The translations under genes were made by a program, and so were the position numbers. Shown here piece after piece: positions 10,281 through 21,044 of a DNA stretch of 64,000 nt. The notes beneath the pieces were generated by a model. The model was not told the origin of the DNA. It ran no database searches and saw only the letters and a list, made by a program, of their open reading frames with translations. The stretch is from Atribacterota bacterium. GTDB lineage: Bacteria; Atribacterota; Phoenicimicrobiia; Phoenicimicrobiales; Stramentimicrobiaceae. Location: positions 32,001 to 96,000 of the forward strand of contig JAXGNR010000010.1 of the NCBI GenBank assembly GCA_040767965.1, in the 5' to 3' direction. Position 1 is the stretch's first letter; each line of letters opens with the position of its first letter.

Positions 10281-10308
10281 TTGTTAAATTACTATTATGT
10301 GTTATAAT
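10281..10308 (+). promoter_or_regulatory. extended -10 promoter
   Basis: TTGTTA-16-TATAAT with TGn immediately upstream of the -10. Confidence 0.5.
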
Positions 10309-10415
10309 TTTACATAAAAATAGTATCTTTAAAAAAGAGAAAAAAGAATCTTTTAAATATTAACCTGATTTAAAATTAATAATTTAATTTTGCAGGATAT
10401 TAAGGAGGTATAATA

Positions 10416-10490
10416 ATGAGTTTTTTTGAAGATTTAGAATGGTATTGGATTGCTGCAATTGTCGGCTTAATTCTTCTTATTATATTCTAG
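10416..10490 (+). CDS. 24-aa single-TM microprotein, not in ORF track
   Basis: TAAGGAGGT RBS; MSFFEDLEWYWIAAIVGLILLIIF*; own terminator. Confidence 0.7.
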   Translation: MSFFEDLEWYWIAAIVGLILLIIF

Positions 10491-10514
10491 ACATGTCTGA
10501 GTAAAATTGTTTTT

Positions 10515-10558
10515 AACAGGTAATATTTTTCTAACAAAATATTACCTGTTTATTTATT
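10515..10558 (+). terminator. intrinsic terminator
   Basis: 15-bp stem AACAGGTAATATTTT/AAAATATTACCTGTT. Confidence 0.75.
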
Positions 10559-10591
10559 AGTAATATAAAATAAATAAAAGTAGCAAAAGTA

Positions 10592-11191
10592 ATGGAAAAT
10601 AAAATCATAAAACTACCTATTCCCCAAAAAGACCTTGCTTTTCCTCTTATGAAGGCACTGGAAAAACGTCGATCTAAAAGAAAATGGATTGGAAGACCGC
10701 TTTCAGAACAGGAATTATCTAATCTCCTCTGGGCTGCTTGCGGTATCAGCAGGCAAGAATCTAAACAATCAAATAGTAAAAGGACTGCTCCATCTGCTTG
10801 TGATTCACAGGAAATAAAAATATATATTGCCTTAGAAAATGGCCTTTTCCTTTATGATGAAAAGAATCACCAACTAATACAAATTCTGAATCAGGACATT
10901 AGAGCTGACCTGGGTACTCAAAAAATAATGAAAACAGCCCCGGCAGGACTAATCTATGTAACTGATTTTTCAAAAATGAAATCCGTTCTTTTTCAGGACG
11001 ACCAGCAGAAATGGCTTTTTTCAGTTACAGATACCGGATTTATTAGTCAGAATGTCTATCTTTATTGTTCTGCCGCTAATCTGAATACAGTTGTTTTGGG
11101 TCTGGTTGATAGAGATAAACTGCAAAATATTATGGGTTTGCAAGAGCATGAAAGGGTTGTGTTTACTCAGCCAGTTGGGTATTCTGTATAA
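10592..11191 (+). CDS. SagB/ThcOx-like nitroreductase family protein
   Basis: KRRSKR, LSNLLWAA, RTAPSA, GFISQNVYL. Confidence 0.85.
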   Translation: MENKIIKLPIPQKDLAFPLMKALEKRRSKRKWIGRPLSEQELSNLLWAACGISRQESKQSNSKRTAPSACDSQEIKIYIALENGLFLYDEKNHQLIQILNQDIRADLGTQKIMKTAPAGLIYVTDFSKMKSVLFQDDQQKWLFSVTDTGFISQNVYLYCSAANLNTVVLGLVDRDKLQNIMGLQEHERVVFTQPVGYSV

Positions 11192-11394
11192 AGTAATTAA
11201 TCTTAAAATCTCCCTATATTTCCTAACATGATTATTGAAATCGCTCCTGACAGATCTTTTAAATAAAAAGTTTTATAAAAAATTAATATTTTTTTCAAAA
11301 GCTTTTTATTTTTAATTGATACAATAATAAAAATAATAGATTAAAGATTAAATATTCTAAAATTAATGACGGTTAACCTTTAAGGGGGAAGCAG

Positions 11395-12459
11395 ATGAAA
11401 AAGAAGTATTTTATTTTAAGTTGTTCGCTATTATTTCTGGTATTAATTGGGAGTAGTCAGGCAATAGCTCAAGATAATATTATGTTGGGAATATCTGAGA
11501 TGATCACCTTAGCAATGTCTAATAATATTCAACTTAAAAAAGCAAACTTCCAGCTGGAAAATAATAGATTAGAGTCAAAAAAATTAGAAGCTGAAAATTT
11601 GCTGAACAGTTCTGCTATTTCTGATTTACAAAAAAAAATTGCCTTGCTGAATCAACAAGCCCAATATCAAACAGAAAAAGATCAATTATTAATTAAAATA
11701 GCTGATGATTATTTTCGAATTATAATGCTTGAAAAAGAAATTGAAAGTAAAAAGAAAAATGCTGAATTAGAAAAAACTATTCTGGATGGAATTGAGCAAC
11801 AGGTAGCAGCAGGCTACAGGATTGATCTTGATTTGTTACAACAGGGCAATATCTATTTTGATGCTTTTTTCGCTTATCAGGAAAGTGAATTAAAATATCA
11901 GCAACTTTTAATTGAAGTAAAGAACAGACTTGGTTTGAATAAAGAGAGGAGCATTACTCTTACTGAAATGGAAATACCGGAATTACCAGAATTGCCTTTA
12001 GTGGAATTGTTAGAAAAGGCCCGCATAAATAGTGCTCCCTTAAAAGCTCATGTGCTCAAAATTGAATTGGCTCAAAGAGAATTGAAGTCTGCCAAAGCAG
12101 ATAATTTAAGCGAAATTGAAATATTAAAATTAGAAAATAATTTTGGGATTGCCCGTTTAGAAAAATCTATGGATGAACAAGATCTGGATTATCAGGTTGA
12201 ATCCCTGTGGCTAAACTATAATCAGGCCAAAAATGATATGATATCAAGCCAAAGAAGTTTACAGCAAATGAAGGAAAATGAAAAGATAATCAACAGACAG
12301 GTGCAAGCAGGTCTGAGAAGTGAAGAAGAAAGTCTTTCGGCTTCAATAGGAGTGGTTGATGCTCAATATCGGTTTATTTCTTCGGTTAGGCAAGGTTATC
12401 AGTCATATCTTGAATTGCAAAGACTAGTAGGAACTTTAAATGAAGGAGCTTTAAAATGA
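11395..12459 (+). CDS. TolC-like protein, short and largely helical
   Basis: Signal peptide; two repeated coiled-coil halves ending in ...AG....DLL and ...AGL.S..E. Confidence 0.7.
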   Translation: MKKKYFILSCSLLFLVLIGSSQAIAQDNIMLGISEMITLAMSNNIQLKKANFQLENNRLESKKLEAENLLNSSAISDLQKKIALLNQQAQYQTEKDQLLIKIADDYFRIIMLEKEIESKKKNAELEKTILDGIEQQVAAGYRIDLDLLQQGNIYFDAFFAYQESELKYQQLLIEVKNRLGLNKERSITLTEMEIPELPELPLVELLEKARINSAPLKAHVLKIELAQRELKSAKADNLSEIEILKLENNFGIARLEKSMDEQDLDYQVESLWLNYNQAKNDMISSQRSLQQMKENEKIINRQVQAGLRSEEESLSASIGVVDAQYRFISSVRQGYQSYLELQRLVGTLNEGALK

Positions 12460-13928
12460 TAGAAAAAATTAAAGCCAGAATAGTATTTTTAATATTTTTT
12501 CCATTATTAATCTTTTATATCATGATTTTTTGTTTTCAGGTTACTGCAGATGAAATATCAGGAATGAGTTTTGAAGAGGTAATCAAATGGGGCTTGGAGA
12601 ATAATCATGAGTTAAACATAATTCGCAATAATATTAATGAAATAGAAAAGAACATAGAAATAATAAATGCAGGAGAATCTTTCCAGGTCGATTTAAGCAT
12701 CACTCCCATCTGGCACTTTAACGAAATTGAAGAAAATAGCCAAATAATTGAGTTAAATAAAAATTCTTTTTCCCCTAATGCAGAAGTTAGTTTGTCTGCC
12801 ACCAAGCAACTGGCTGGCAATATTAATTTATCAACTGAGTTAAACTGGAAAACAGCCAGCTTGTATCAGGAAAATTTTACTGAGTTAACTGAAAAAATTA
12901 ATGCAGATTTAAGATTAAGCAAAAAAATATATCCGAACACCCCTAGTGAAAACGAAAAACAGGTTTACTCCTTAAGAAACCAGCTGGAGATGTCTTTACA
13001 GGAATTAAAATGGGCGGAAACTGAAAAACAAATTGAATTTATTCAAGATTACCTGAACATTATCAGATTGCAAAAACAGATGGATATCGCCCGGGAACGT
13101 CAACAATTAGCCATGATTGAAATGATAAAAACAGAAAAACGAATTGAATTAGGAGAAGGTGGCTATCAGCAAGAAGCAGAGGCTGAAATAAATATGGAAG
13201 AAGCCTCCAATAATCTTTTCAGTATAGAGCAAAATCTTACGCAGGCTAAACAACAATGGGCTCTTTCTTTGAATTTACCCGCTGATATGAATGTTGTTTT
13301 TAAAGAAGATGTTGATTTGATTAAAAAACTTTTCACAGAGATGGAAAACCTGGTTACTGATTATGAAAGCAGCGAAATCTTAACTAAAAAAATTGTTAAA
13401 ACACATTATCAGCTAAAAAATAGCCAGATTGAGATGGAAGAACTTGTTAATGAATTAAAATGGACTGAAGATGCTGGCAAACCTGCAATTAATCTAGCTG
13501 GCGGTTATGATTATCCTGATACTAACTGGTTTATAATGCTTGATTTTACAATGAAGTTGTCTGATGGTGGATTACAGCAATTAAGAGAAGAGCAGAGAGC
13601 AAGAATTATCCGGCAAAAGGAAATAAATATCACCTATCTAACTGAACAATTAAGATTACAGGCAGAGCAATTATCAGGAAGAGATGAATATAATTATCTT
13701 AACTGGAATACCCAAAAAAAAGCTCTGGAGAAAGAACAAAACAGAGTGGACATCATAAAAATGCAGTATCAGCAGGGAGCAATAAATGAAACACAGCTAA
13801 AAAATGCCTTTTTAACATTGCAGGAAAAAGAAATCCAGGCCAGACAAGCAGCAGATGAATGGTTTATTAATCGCTTAAAATTAGCTCAATTAACAGGTTA
13901 TTTTGAGGCAGACATAAATGTAAATTAA
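12456..13928 (+). CDS. TolC family outer-membrane efflux protein
   Basis: Signal peptide; OEP-like repeats with beta-strand segments; YQQGAI near C-terminus; ATGA overlap with upstream gene. Confidence 0.75.
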   Translation: MIEKIKARIVFLIFFPLLIFYIMIFCFQVTADEISGMSFEEVIKWGLENNHELNIIRNNINEIEKNIEIINAGESFQVDLSITPIWHFNEIEENSQIIELNKNSFSPNAEVSLSATKQLAGNINLSTELNWKTASLYQENFTELTEKINADLRLSKKIYPNTPSENEKQVYSLRNQLEMSLQELKWAETEKQIEFIQDYLNIIRLQKQMDIARERQQLAMIEMIKTEKRIELGEGGYQQEAEAEINMEEASNNLFSIEQNLTQAKQQWALSLNLPADMNVVFKEDVDLIKKLFTEMENLVTDYESSEILTKKIVKTHYQLKNSQIEMEELVNELKWTEDAGKPAINLAGGYDYPDTNWFIMLDFTMKLSDGGLQQLREEQRARIIRQKEINITYLTEQLRLQAEQLSGRDEYNYLNWNTQKKALEKEQNRVDIIKMQYQQGAINETQLKNAFLTLQEKEIQARQAADEWFINRLKLAQLTGYFEADINVN

Positions 13929-14272
13929 TATCTTTAATAAAGAAACCCGCTAACCTGTCTAACTACTTAATAAGTAAAATAAGATATTTAATGCTATGCC
14001 AATTAATATTAAAAAGTCCAAATAAAAACATTTAAAAACAAATTAAATCTAAAATATATTTAGTACAAAAAATATTATTTAAACTAAATAAAAATCATAT
14101 TTATCTCATTTTCATTGATAAAAGTTAATAAAAAAATATTTATATGATTTTTTATGTTTAAAAAATATTATTGCAGATTAAAACCATTAAAATATAGGCG
14201 ATTAAGAGTGTCAGGCGTAAATAGTTATTAATAAAGGTTTTAATAGGAATAATATTTTCTACTGTAAAAATA

Positions 14273-14301
14273 TTGACAAAATATTAAGTATCCTATATAT
14301 T
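14273..14301 (+). promoter_or_regulatory. sigma70 promoter of ABC operon
   Basis: TTGACA-17-TATATT. Confidence 0.6.
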
Positions 14302-14381
14302 AATAAAACAAAATTTTATTGTGATTGACTATTCTGAGAAGGTATAATAATTATATAAAATTTAAAGTATAGGGAGGCAAG

Positions 14382-15038
14382 ATGACATTATCTTTATTCT
14401 GGCAATATTATCAAGACCAGATAATAATGGAATTGCTGCAACATCTGAAAATAATTATAATTAGTATACCGATTGCAATTTTAATCAGTGTTCCATTGGG
14501 TTTTTTCATTTCCTCCCGTCCCAAAACGGCTCGCTATGTTATTAATTTGACCAGCATTTTAATGACCATACCTAGTTTAGCCTTGTATGGGATTATGGTA
14601 GCAGTCTACTCCTTGATTGATCAGGGTCTGGGAGTTGTGCCTGCTGTAACTGCTATCACTATTTATTCCTTGCTTCCTATTACAAGAAATACCTATCTGG
14701 CTTTAAATCAAGTTAGCCCGGAAATGATTGATGCTGCAATTGGTATAGGAATGTCCAGCAAAAGAATTTTATGGCAAATAAAAATACCTTTATCAATTCC
14801 AACTATTATGGCTGGAATCAGGATTGCAATTGTCATGAGTGTTGGAGTAGCAACATTTGCATATTTAGTTGCTGCTGGTGGATTAGGATTTTTTATTTTT
14901 GCAGGAATTGGGCGTGCCAACTACACAATGATTGGAGTAGGGGCTTTTCTTATTTCCTTACTTGGAATTAGTTTCAACTTCTTATTTTTAAAAATAGAAG
15001 ATTTGATAACTCCAAAAGGTTTAAAAGTTAAAAAATAG
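14382..15038 (+). CDS. osmoprotectant (Opu/ProU-type) ABC permease
   Basis: TIPSLAL, DAAIGIGM (EAA loop), AGGLG. Confidence 0.88.
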   Translation: MTLSLFWQYYQDQIIMELLQHLKIIIISIPIAILISVPLGFFISSRPKTARYVINLTSILMTIPSLALYGIMVAVYSLIDQGLGVVPAVTAITIYSLLPITRNTYLALNQVSPEMIDAAIGIGMSSKRILWQIKIPLSIPTIMAGIRIAIVMSVGVATFAYLVAAGGLGFFIFAGIGRANYTMIGVGAFLISLLGISFNFLFLKIEDLITPKGLKVKK

Positions 15039-15076
15039 TAAATTAATTCTGAATTTAATATCAGGAGTCTAAAATT

Positions 15077-16168
15077 ATGATTGAGCTAAAAAATGTAATA
15101 AAGAGATACGGAGAATTAACTGCAGTTAACAATATCAGCATGAATATAGAAAAAGGGCAGATTACTATGCTCATTGGCCCTTCTGGTTGCGGGAAAACAA
15201 CAACTTTAAGAATGATCAACAGAATGGTTCAACATGATGAAGGACAAATTTTAATTAATGAACAATCAGTATATGATATAGACCCGGTACAATTAAGAAG
15301 AAAAATTGGTTATGTTATTCAGGGAGTAGGACTTTTCCCCCATTTTACAGTTTTCGATAATATTGCAGCAGTTCCCAGAATGTTGAGATGGGATAAGAAT
15401 AAGATTAAGGAGCGTGTATTTGAGTTGCTGGAGTTAGTGACACTGGATGAAACGTATGCTTATAAATACCCAATGCAATTATCTGGTGGAGAAAGGCAAA
15501 GAGTTGGATTAGCAAGGGCATTAGGTGCAGATCCTGAAATACTGCTTATGGATGAGCCTTTTGGAGCCATTGACCCCATTAATCGTACAAAATTGCAGGA
15601 TTCTTTTTTGGAAATACAGGAAGAAATTAAAAAAACTATCATTTTTGTAACCCATGATATTAATGAGGCTATTAAGCTTGGAGACAAGATAGCTATCATC
15701 AAAGATGGAAATCTTATTCAATATGATGAAGTGACTATGATTATTAATAATCCTGCTGATGAATTTGTAGAAAATTTACTTGGGAAAGACCGAAACGTAA
15801 AAGCGCTCTCACTGAAAAAAGCCAAAAACTATATTAGAAAAGAAGGTTATCTGGTGGTTGATGAAAAAGAAACCCGGGAAAATGTAAAAAAGATGATATT
15901 AGAAAATGAAACAGAGTTTGCTTTTGCCCTGGATTCAAAGAAGAGATTAAGAGGAAGATTTTTCATTGAACCAAAAGATAAAGACGGGAAAGAATACAGA
16001 ATTATTTACAATTCTAACCCTTATATTGCCGAAAGAAATAGTAACTTGAATGAAATTCTTTCTAAAATGCTGGAAGCCGGTGAAAAAGAATTACCTGTTT
16101 TAAATAATAAACATCAGTTTTTAGGAATAATAAAACTGGATGATATTTTTTCTGAAGTTAATAAATAG
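15077..16168 (+). CDS. osmoprotectant ABC ATP-binding subunit with CBS tail
   Basis: GPSGCGKT, LSGGERQR, LMDEPFGAID. Confidence 0.92.
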   Translation: MIELKNVIKRYGELTAVNNISMNIEKGQITMLIGPSGCGKTTTLRMINRMVQHDEGQILINEQSVYDIDPVQLRRKIGYVIQGVGLFPHFTVFDNIAAVPRMLRWDKNKIKERVFELLELVTLDETYAYKYPMQLSGGERQRVGLARALGADPEILLMDEPFGAIDPINRTKLQDSFLEIQEEIKKTIIFVTHDINEAIKLGDKIAIIKDGNLIQYDEVTMIINNPADEFVENLLGKDRNVKALSLKKAKNYIRKEGYLVVDEKETRENVKKMILENETEFAFALDSKKRLRGRFFIEPKDKDGKEYRIIYNSNPYIAERNSNLNEILSKMLEAGEKELPVLNNKHQFLGIIKLDDIFSEVNK

Positions 16169-16214
16169 AAATATTCAAATAATTTAAATTTACAGCGTAC
16201 AAGAGGTTGATCTT

Positions 16215-16856
16215 TTGATAAACTTTTTCCGATTTTATTTCAATAATATAAATGATATTTTCAATGCCATGCAAACCCACTTATTTATTTTTATAATAGC
16301 CTTAACCGGAGCAATATTTTTTGGTATAGCACTTAGTATAATTATAACTTCAGAGGGTAGAGAAAAAATTGGCAGAGTTATTCTCTCTGTAATGGGAGCA
16401 GCCCAGTCAATCCCCTCAATTGTTATCATTTCAGTAGTGTTTATTTTTGTAGGGATAGGTATCAAGCCAACGATTATTGCCCTGGTTTTCTATAGTCTGG
16501 TTCCAATTATTTTTAATTCTACTTCTGGTTTATTAAGCGTTCCTCATGATGTAATAGATGCCGGGAAGGGAATTGGCTATACAAATAGTCAGATTTTATG
16601 GAAAATTAAAATGCCAATGGCCTTACCAGTCATTATGGGAGGCATAAGAAGTTCAGCAACAATTATAATTGGTTCTGCCACTGCAGCTGCGGTTATAGGA
16701 GGAGGAGGATTGGGAGACTTTATTTTTATTGGCTTGAGAGTTCATAGAATTGAAATGCTGTTAGCCGGGGCTGTAACCGTTGCAATCCTTGCCTTAATTA
16801 TAGACACAATTATCAGCAGAATCGAAGCCAGAATTGTTCCAAAAGGATTACAATAA
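16215..16856 (+). CDS. osmoprotectant ABC permease
   Basis: QSIPSI, DAGKGIG, GGGGLG; TTG start. Confidence 0.88.
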   Translation: MINFFRFYFNNINDIFNAMQTHLFIFIIALTGAIFFGIALSIIITSEGREKIGRVILSVMGAAQSIPSIVIISVVFIFVGIGIKPTIIALVFYSLVPIIFNSTSGLLSVPHDVIDAGKGIGYTNSQILWKIKMPMALPVIMGGIRSSATIIIGSATAAAVIGGGGLGDFIFIGLRVHRIEMLLAGAVTVAILALIIDTIISRIEARIVPKGLQ

Positions 16857-16874
16857 AAAGAAGGAGGAAATTTT

Positions 16875-17783
16875 ATGAAAAAAATAATAAAAATTATTAC
16901 TTTAACGTTTTTGCTAATTATGATAGTTAATTCTTTTGTTTTTGCTCAAACTGACAAAAGAATCACAGTAGGTTCAAAAGATTTTACTGAAAGTTATGTA
17001 TTAGGTGATATTATTTCTCAATTGTTAAAGCATCATGGTTTCCGTGTTGAAGAAAAGTTCGGTATGGCAGCAGCAATTGCCCGATCTGCAATTTTGAACA
17101 GGCAGATTGATATTTTACCTGATTATACTGGTACAGCATTGGGAACATACTTTGAATCAGACGAAAATATTAACGATCCTGTTGAACTATATGAGACTGT
17201 AAAAAAGTTGGATTTAGAAAAAAACAATTTAGTGTGGATGGGAAGAACTAGTTTTAATAATACCTATGCTCTAGCAATCAAAAAAGACATGATTGATGAG
17301 ATTGGCACCACTATTTCCGACTTAGCAGAATATGTAAATAAAAAAAATGGACAGGTTACCTTTGCAGTTAATCATACTTTTTACCAGAGGGAATCGGACG
17401 GGATATTCCCAATGGCAGTAGAATATAATATGAACATAGTCAGAGAAAATGTTAAACCAATGGATACAGGTTTAACCTATACAGCAATCGATCGTGGTCA
17501 GGTTGATGTAGCCATGGTATTTGGGACTGATGCTAAATTAAGAAGTTTTGATTTATTTGTATTAGAGGATGATAAGCACTTTTTTCCGATTTATAATGTA
17601 TCTTTAGTTGTTCGGAAAGAAGTGTTTGACCGCTTTCCTGAAATTGAAGAGATTTTAAAACCGATTACCGAAATAATTGATACTGAAATGATGATAAATT
17701 TAAATTATGAGGTTGATGCAAATGGATTACCAACCAAAATGGTTGCAGATCAGTTCTTAAAACAGCATGGGTTAATTGACTAA
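16875..17783 (+). CDS. glycine betaine/choline ABC substrate-binding protein
   Basis: VGSKDFTE, YTGT, FNNTYAL, LEDDKHFFPIY. Confidence 0.9.
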   Translation: MKKIIKIITLTFLLIMIVNSFVFAQTDKRITVGSKDFTESYVLGDIISQLLKHHGFRVEEKFGMAAAIARSAILNRQIDILPDYTGTALGTYFESDENINDPVELYETVKKLDLEKNNLVWMGRTSFNNTYALAIKKDMIDEIGTTISDLAEYVNKKNGQVTFAVNHTFYQRESDGIFPMAVEYNMNIVRENVKPMDTGLTYTAIDRGQVDVAMVFGTDAKLRSFDLFVLEDDKHFFPIYNVSLVVRKEVFDRFPEIEEILKPITEIIDTEMMINLNYEVDANGLPTKMVADQFLKQHGLID

Positions 17784-17803
17784 ATTTAAGATATTAAGAT
17801 ATT

Positions 17804-17842
17804 AAAAAAATAAGCCTGCATTTATTGCAGGCTTATTTTTTT
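17804..17842. terminator. bidirectional intrinsic terminator
   Basis: A7-TAAGCCTGCA/TGCAGGCTTA-T7 between convergent genes. Confidence 0.88.
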
Positions 17843-17882
17843 AAAAGAGGATTGAATCTAAAGAATGCAAAATATCTTTCTA

Positions 17883-19529
17883 TTAAGATAAAGAAACAAT
17901 CAGCCAGACAATAACTCCAGCGATCAGACCATAAGCAATAGAAATAAATACGTTACTTTTAATAACCTTTCCTTCTTTTCCTATCAGGCCAACTGTGCTT
18001 AAGACTGCTACAATATTGTGGATACATATCATATTTCCTGCTGCTCCTCCTAAAGCCTGTAAGGACAACACTGGAATAACCTTCAAGCCAGAGTTTACAG
18101 CAGTGCTGTATTGAAATGCTCCAAACATAATATTTGATGTTGTGTTACTGCCTGAAATAAAGGCACCTAAAACTCCAACCAGGGCTGCGGGTATATACCA
18201 AATTGAGCCCAAATATCTGGAAACAGTCTTAGCCATTACAATCATCATTGAGTCTATATTGGCAGCTTCTCCGGAATTAATCATGATATAGGTGATTCCC
18301 AAAGCAAAAAACAGGGCAATGGCAGGTGGTCGAATTAATTTAAAAGCATTTTGCCATGACTGATTAATTTTTCTCTTATCAAGATTATGCAATAGAGGAA
18401 TCAGGAAAGCTATAAATATGAAAGGGAAAATGCCTGGATTGTAGAAAGGAGTTATGCCTCTGGTGATATTAGTACCAAATATTTGATTCCAGGTGATGTT
18501 AAACGATTTCAGGATGGGGGTTAGTCCAAAATACTGTATACGTCCAGCAAACAGAATGATGGCTATTAGAATATAAGGAAGCCAGGACTTAAAAGCTCCT
18601 ATTTTTTGGACTTTTTGGTCTTCTTTAAGTTCTATCTTCACATCTCCTACCCATTCAGGGTTCCATTCTTCCTGTTTAGGGAAATCCCATACATCTTTTG
18701 GAACCAGAAAATTTTTCGAAACTGCAAAAATAAAAATAGGTATTGCAATCAAGGCTCCCAACAGAGAAGGAAGCTCCGGTCCTACAAAATTAGCAATGAT
18801 AGCATAAGGAATTGTGAATAAAAAACCACTAAACAATGCCAAAGGCCAGATTGCTAAACCTTTTTTAAAAGAACCGTCTGCTATTTTGGTCATTACTGCA
18901 ACAATTACTACAGGTATAAAAGATCCAACCAGAAGGTGAATAATGGAAGTGAATCCCCCGATATTCAAAATAAACTGATTAAAAGTTATTCCTTCTAAGT
19001 TGGCCACTCCTTCAAGATTGGCAAATCCACCCCAGATAGGAGTTCCAACAGCTCCGAAAGAAACAGAAGTGCTGTTTGCTATAAGGGCACAAACAACTGC
19101 TATCAAAGGAGGGAATCCCAATCCAACTAATAAAGGTGCAGCCACTGCTGCCGGAGTACCAAAACCGGCAGCTCCTTCAAAGAAAGAGCCCATTAACCAG
19201 GCAATAAGGATCACTTGAATTCTCCTGTCTTTGGATATTGCAGACATGGAAAAGGATATACCTTCAATTCCGCCACTGTTTTTCATTAATTGCAGTATTA
19301 GTATAGCCCCAAATACTATTAATAGGATATCCAAAGCATTTATAGCTCCTCCAATTATTGATGCCAGAATCCATTTTGATGGCATTTTCCAGATAAAAAC
19401 AGCAATCAGAATGGCAATGATCCAGCCAAGAGGCATTGCTTTAGTTGCCGGCCAGCCATAGATAACCATCAGGATAAAAACCAGTACTATTGGTATGACT
19501 GCAAATAGTGCCAATAAATTCAAATTCAT
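17883..19529 (-). CDS. L-lactate permease (LctP family)
   Basis: FFEGAAGFGTP, SFGAVGTP, ISGSNTTSN. Confidence 0.9.
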   Translation of the reverse strand: MNLNLLALFAVIPIVLVFILMVIYGWPATKAMPLGWIIAILIAVFIWKMPSKWILASIIGGAINALDILLIVFGAILILQLMKNSGGIEGISFSMSAISKDRRIQVILIAWLMGSFFEGAAGFGTPAAVAAPLLVGLGFPPLIAVVCALIANSTSVSFGAVGTPIWGGFANLEGVANLEGITFNQFILNIGGFTSIIHLLVGSFIPVVIVAVMTKIADGSFKKGLAIWPLALFSGFLFTIPYAIIANFVGPELPSLLGALIAIPIFIFAVSKNFLVPKDVWDFPKQEEWNPEWVGDVKIELKEDQKVQKIGAFKSWLPYILIAIILFAGRIQYFGLTPILKSFNITWNQIFGTNITRGITPFYNPGIFPFIFIAFLIPLLHNLDKRKINQSWQNAFKLIRPPAIALFFALGITYIMINSGEAANIDSMMIVMAKTVSRYLGSIWYIPAALVGVLGAFISGSNTTSNIMFGAFQYSTAVNSGLKVIPVLSLQALGGAAGNMICIHNIVAVLSTVGLIGKEGKVIKSNVFISIAYGLIAGVIVWLIVSLS

Positions 19530-19852
19530 AGAATCCCCCTTCTTTTATTAATTTACAGATTATTCTTTTCTATTTTTTCTATTATCAGGAAAAATGTAAG
19601 CTGCTAACTTAAGCTTAAATATATTATGCAGAAAAAGATAGTTTTAATAAAAAAACTTAATTAAATATTAAGTCAAGGTAATCAATTTTGCAAGAAATAT
19701 CTGGATATAAAGCAGATAGAATATTTATTTTGATTTGAAAGATGTATGGTATATTTAAGTAAAAATGGAAATAATATGAGAAAGTTGTTAATATATTTAA
19801 TGTATTATGAGAAAGTTAAACTATTTTTAATCTAAAAAGGAGGGACTATCAT

Positions 19853-20215
19853 ATGAAATTTTGTTGGGTGACCATCAATGTAAAAGATATGGAAGAGTCT
19901 CTGTTCTTTTATCAGGAAATTATTGGCTTGAAAATTAGCCGAAGATTTAAACCTGATCAGGATAGAGAAATTGTTTTTTTAGGAAACGAAGAGACCAAAG
20001 TAGAGTTGATTTACAATTCTAAAAAACAAAATATAAGCTTTGGAGAGGATATTTCTCTGGGTTTTGAAGTAAATTCAATCGAAGAAATCACTAAAAAACT
20101 GGAAAACAATAATATTAAGATTTATGCCGGACCATTTCAGCCTAATCCTTCTCTCAGGTTTATTTTCGTACTTGATCCAAATGGTCTTAAAATACAATTT
20201 GTTGAAAACAGATAG
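19853..20215 (+). CDS. VOC/glyoxalase family protein
   Basis: TINVKDMEESLFFY...DPNGLKIQF. Confidence 0.88.
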   Translation: MKFCWVTINVKDMEESLFFYQEIIGLKISRRFKPDQDREIVFLGNEETKVELIYNSKKQNISFGEDISLGFEVNSIEEITKKLENNNIKIYAGPFQPNPSLRFIFVLDPNGLKIQFVENR

Positions 20216-20310
20216 CCGGTATAACAACTATTTAATTGAAATATTAAATAAATATAAAAAAGATAAAAATAAGTAAAATATAAGTTTATATAGGGGTAAA
20301 GGAGAACCAA

Positions 20311-20817
20311 ATGGAATTTCTAGAATTAATAAAAAAAAGATACAGTGTTCGTTCTTATAAAAAAGATGATGTGCCTTCTGCTGTGTTAGATAAGGTTTTG
20401 GAAGCAGCTCGTTTAGCTCCAACTGCAGCAAATAGGCAAAGTTTTCAGGTATTTGTTGTGAAAACTGATAAGTTTAAAGAAGAATTAAAAAAAATATATC
20501 CTCAGAGCTGGTTTGTGCAAGCTCCCTATGTGATTGGGATCTGTGGCATTCCTAAAGATTGCTGGATAAGAAGAGATGGGAAAAATTATATTGATGTGGA
20601 TGTAGCAATTGTAATGGATCACATTATTTTAGCTGCAACTGATCTTGGTTTAGGAACATGCTGGATTGGTGCCTTTGATCCTCTTGCAGCTCAAGAATTT
20701 CTAAACCTCTCCAGAGATATGGAGCCAGTTGTCTTCACACCACTTGGTTACCCGGCAGATAACCCAGCTCCCAAAAGAAGAAAACCATTGGAAGAGATAG
20801 TTAGATTTATTAATTGA
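20311..20817 (+). CDS. nitroreductase family protein
   Basis: RYSVRSY, APTAANRQ, GLGTCWIG. Confidence 0.9.
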   Translation: MEFLELIKKRYSVRSYKKDDVPSAVLDKVLEAARLAPTAANRQSFQVFVVKTDKFKEELKKIYPQSWFVQAPYVIGICGIPKDCWIRRDGKNYIDVDVAIVMDHIILAATDLGLGTCWIGAFDPLAAQEFLNLSRDMEPVVFTPLGYPADNPAPKRRKPLEEIVRFIN

Positions 20818-20892
20818 GGCACAAATTAAGTTAATATAGAGGTAATTTTTTTCTAATTTCCATCTAATAATTATTTTCACAATATTAATAAG

Positions 20893-20925
20893 AGGGTAAG
20901 CTTTTTAGCTTACCCTTAATTTTTC
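20893..20925 (+). terminator. intrinsic terminator
   Basis: AGGGTAAGCT/AGCTTACCCT stem. Confidence 0.7.
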
Positions 20926-21044
20926 AGATAAAATATTAGATTTTCCTTTTTATTGAATTTTTTTAAATAACCCTTGTTCATTTCAATTAGTGGTACTAGA
21001 ATAGAATGTCAGGGACAATTAACATTAGAAAGGGAAGTTGAATC

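Noticed and set aside
10592-11191. RiPP azole cluster (SagB plus the upstream small peptide)
   Set aside because: No YcaO; the peptide lacks a Cys/Ser/Thr-rich core and is separated by a terminator
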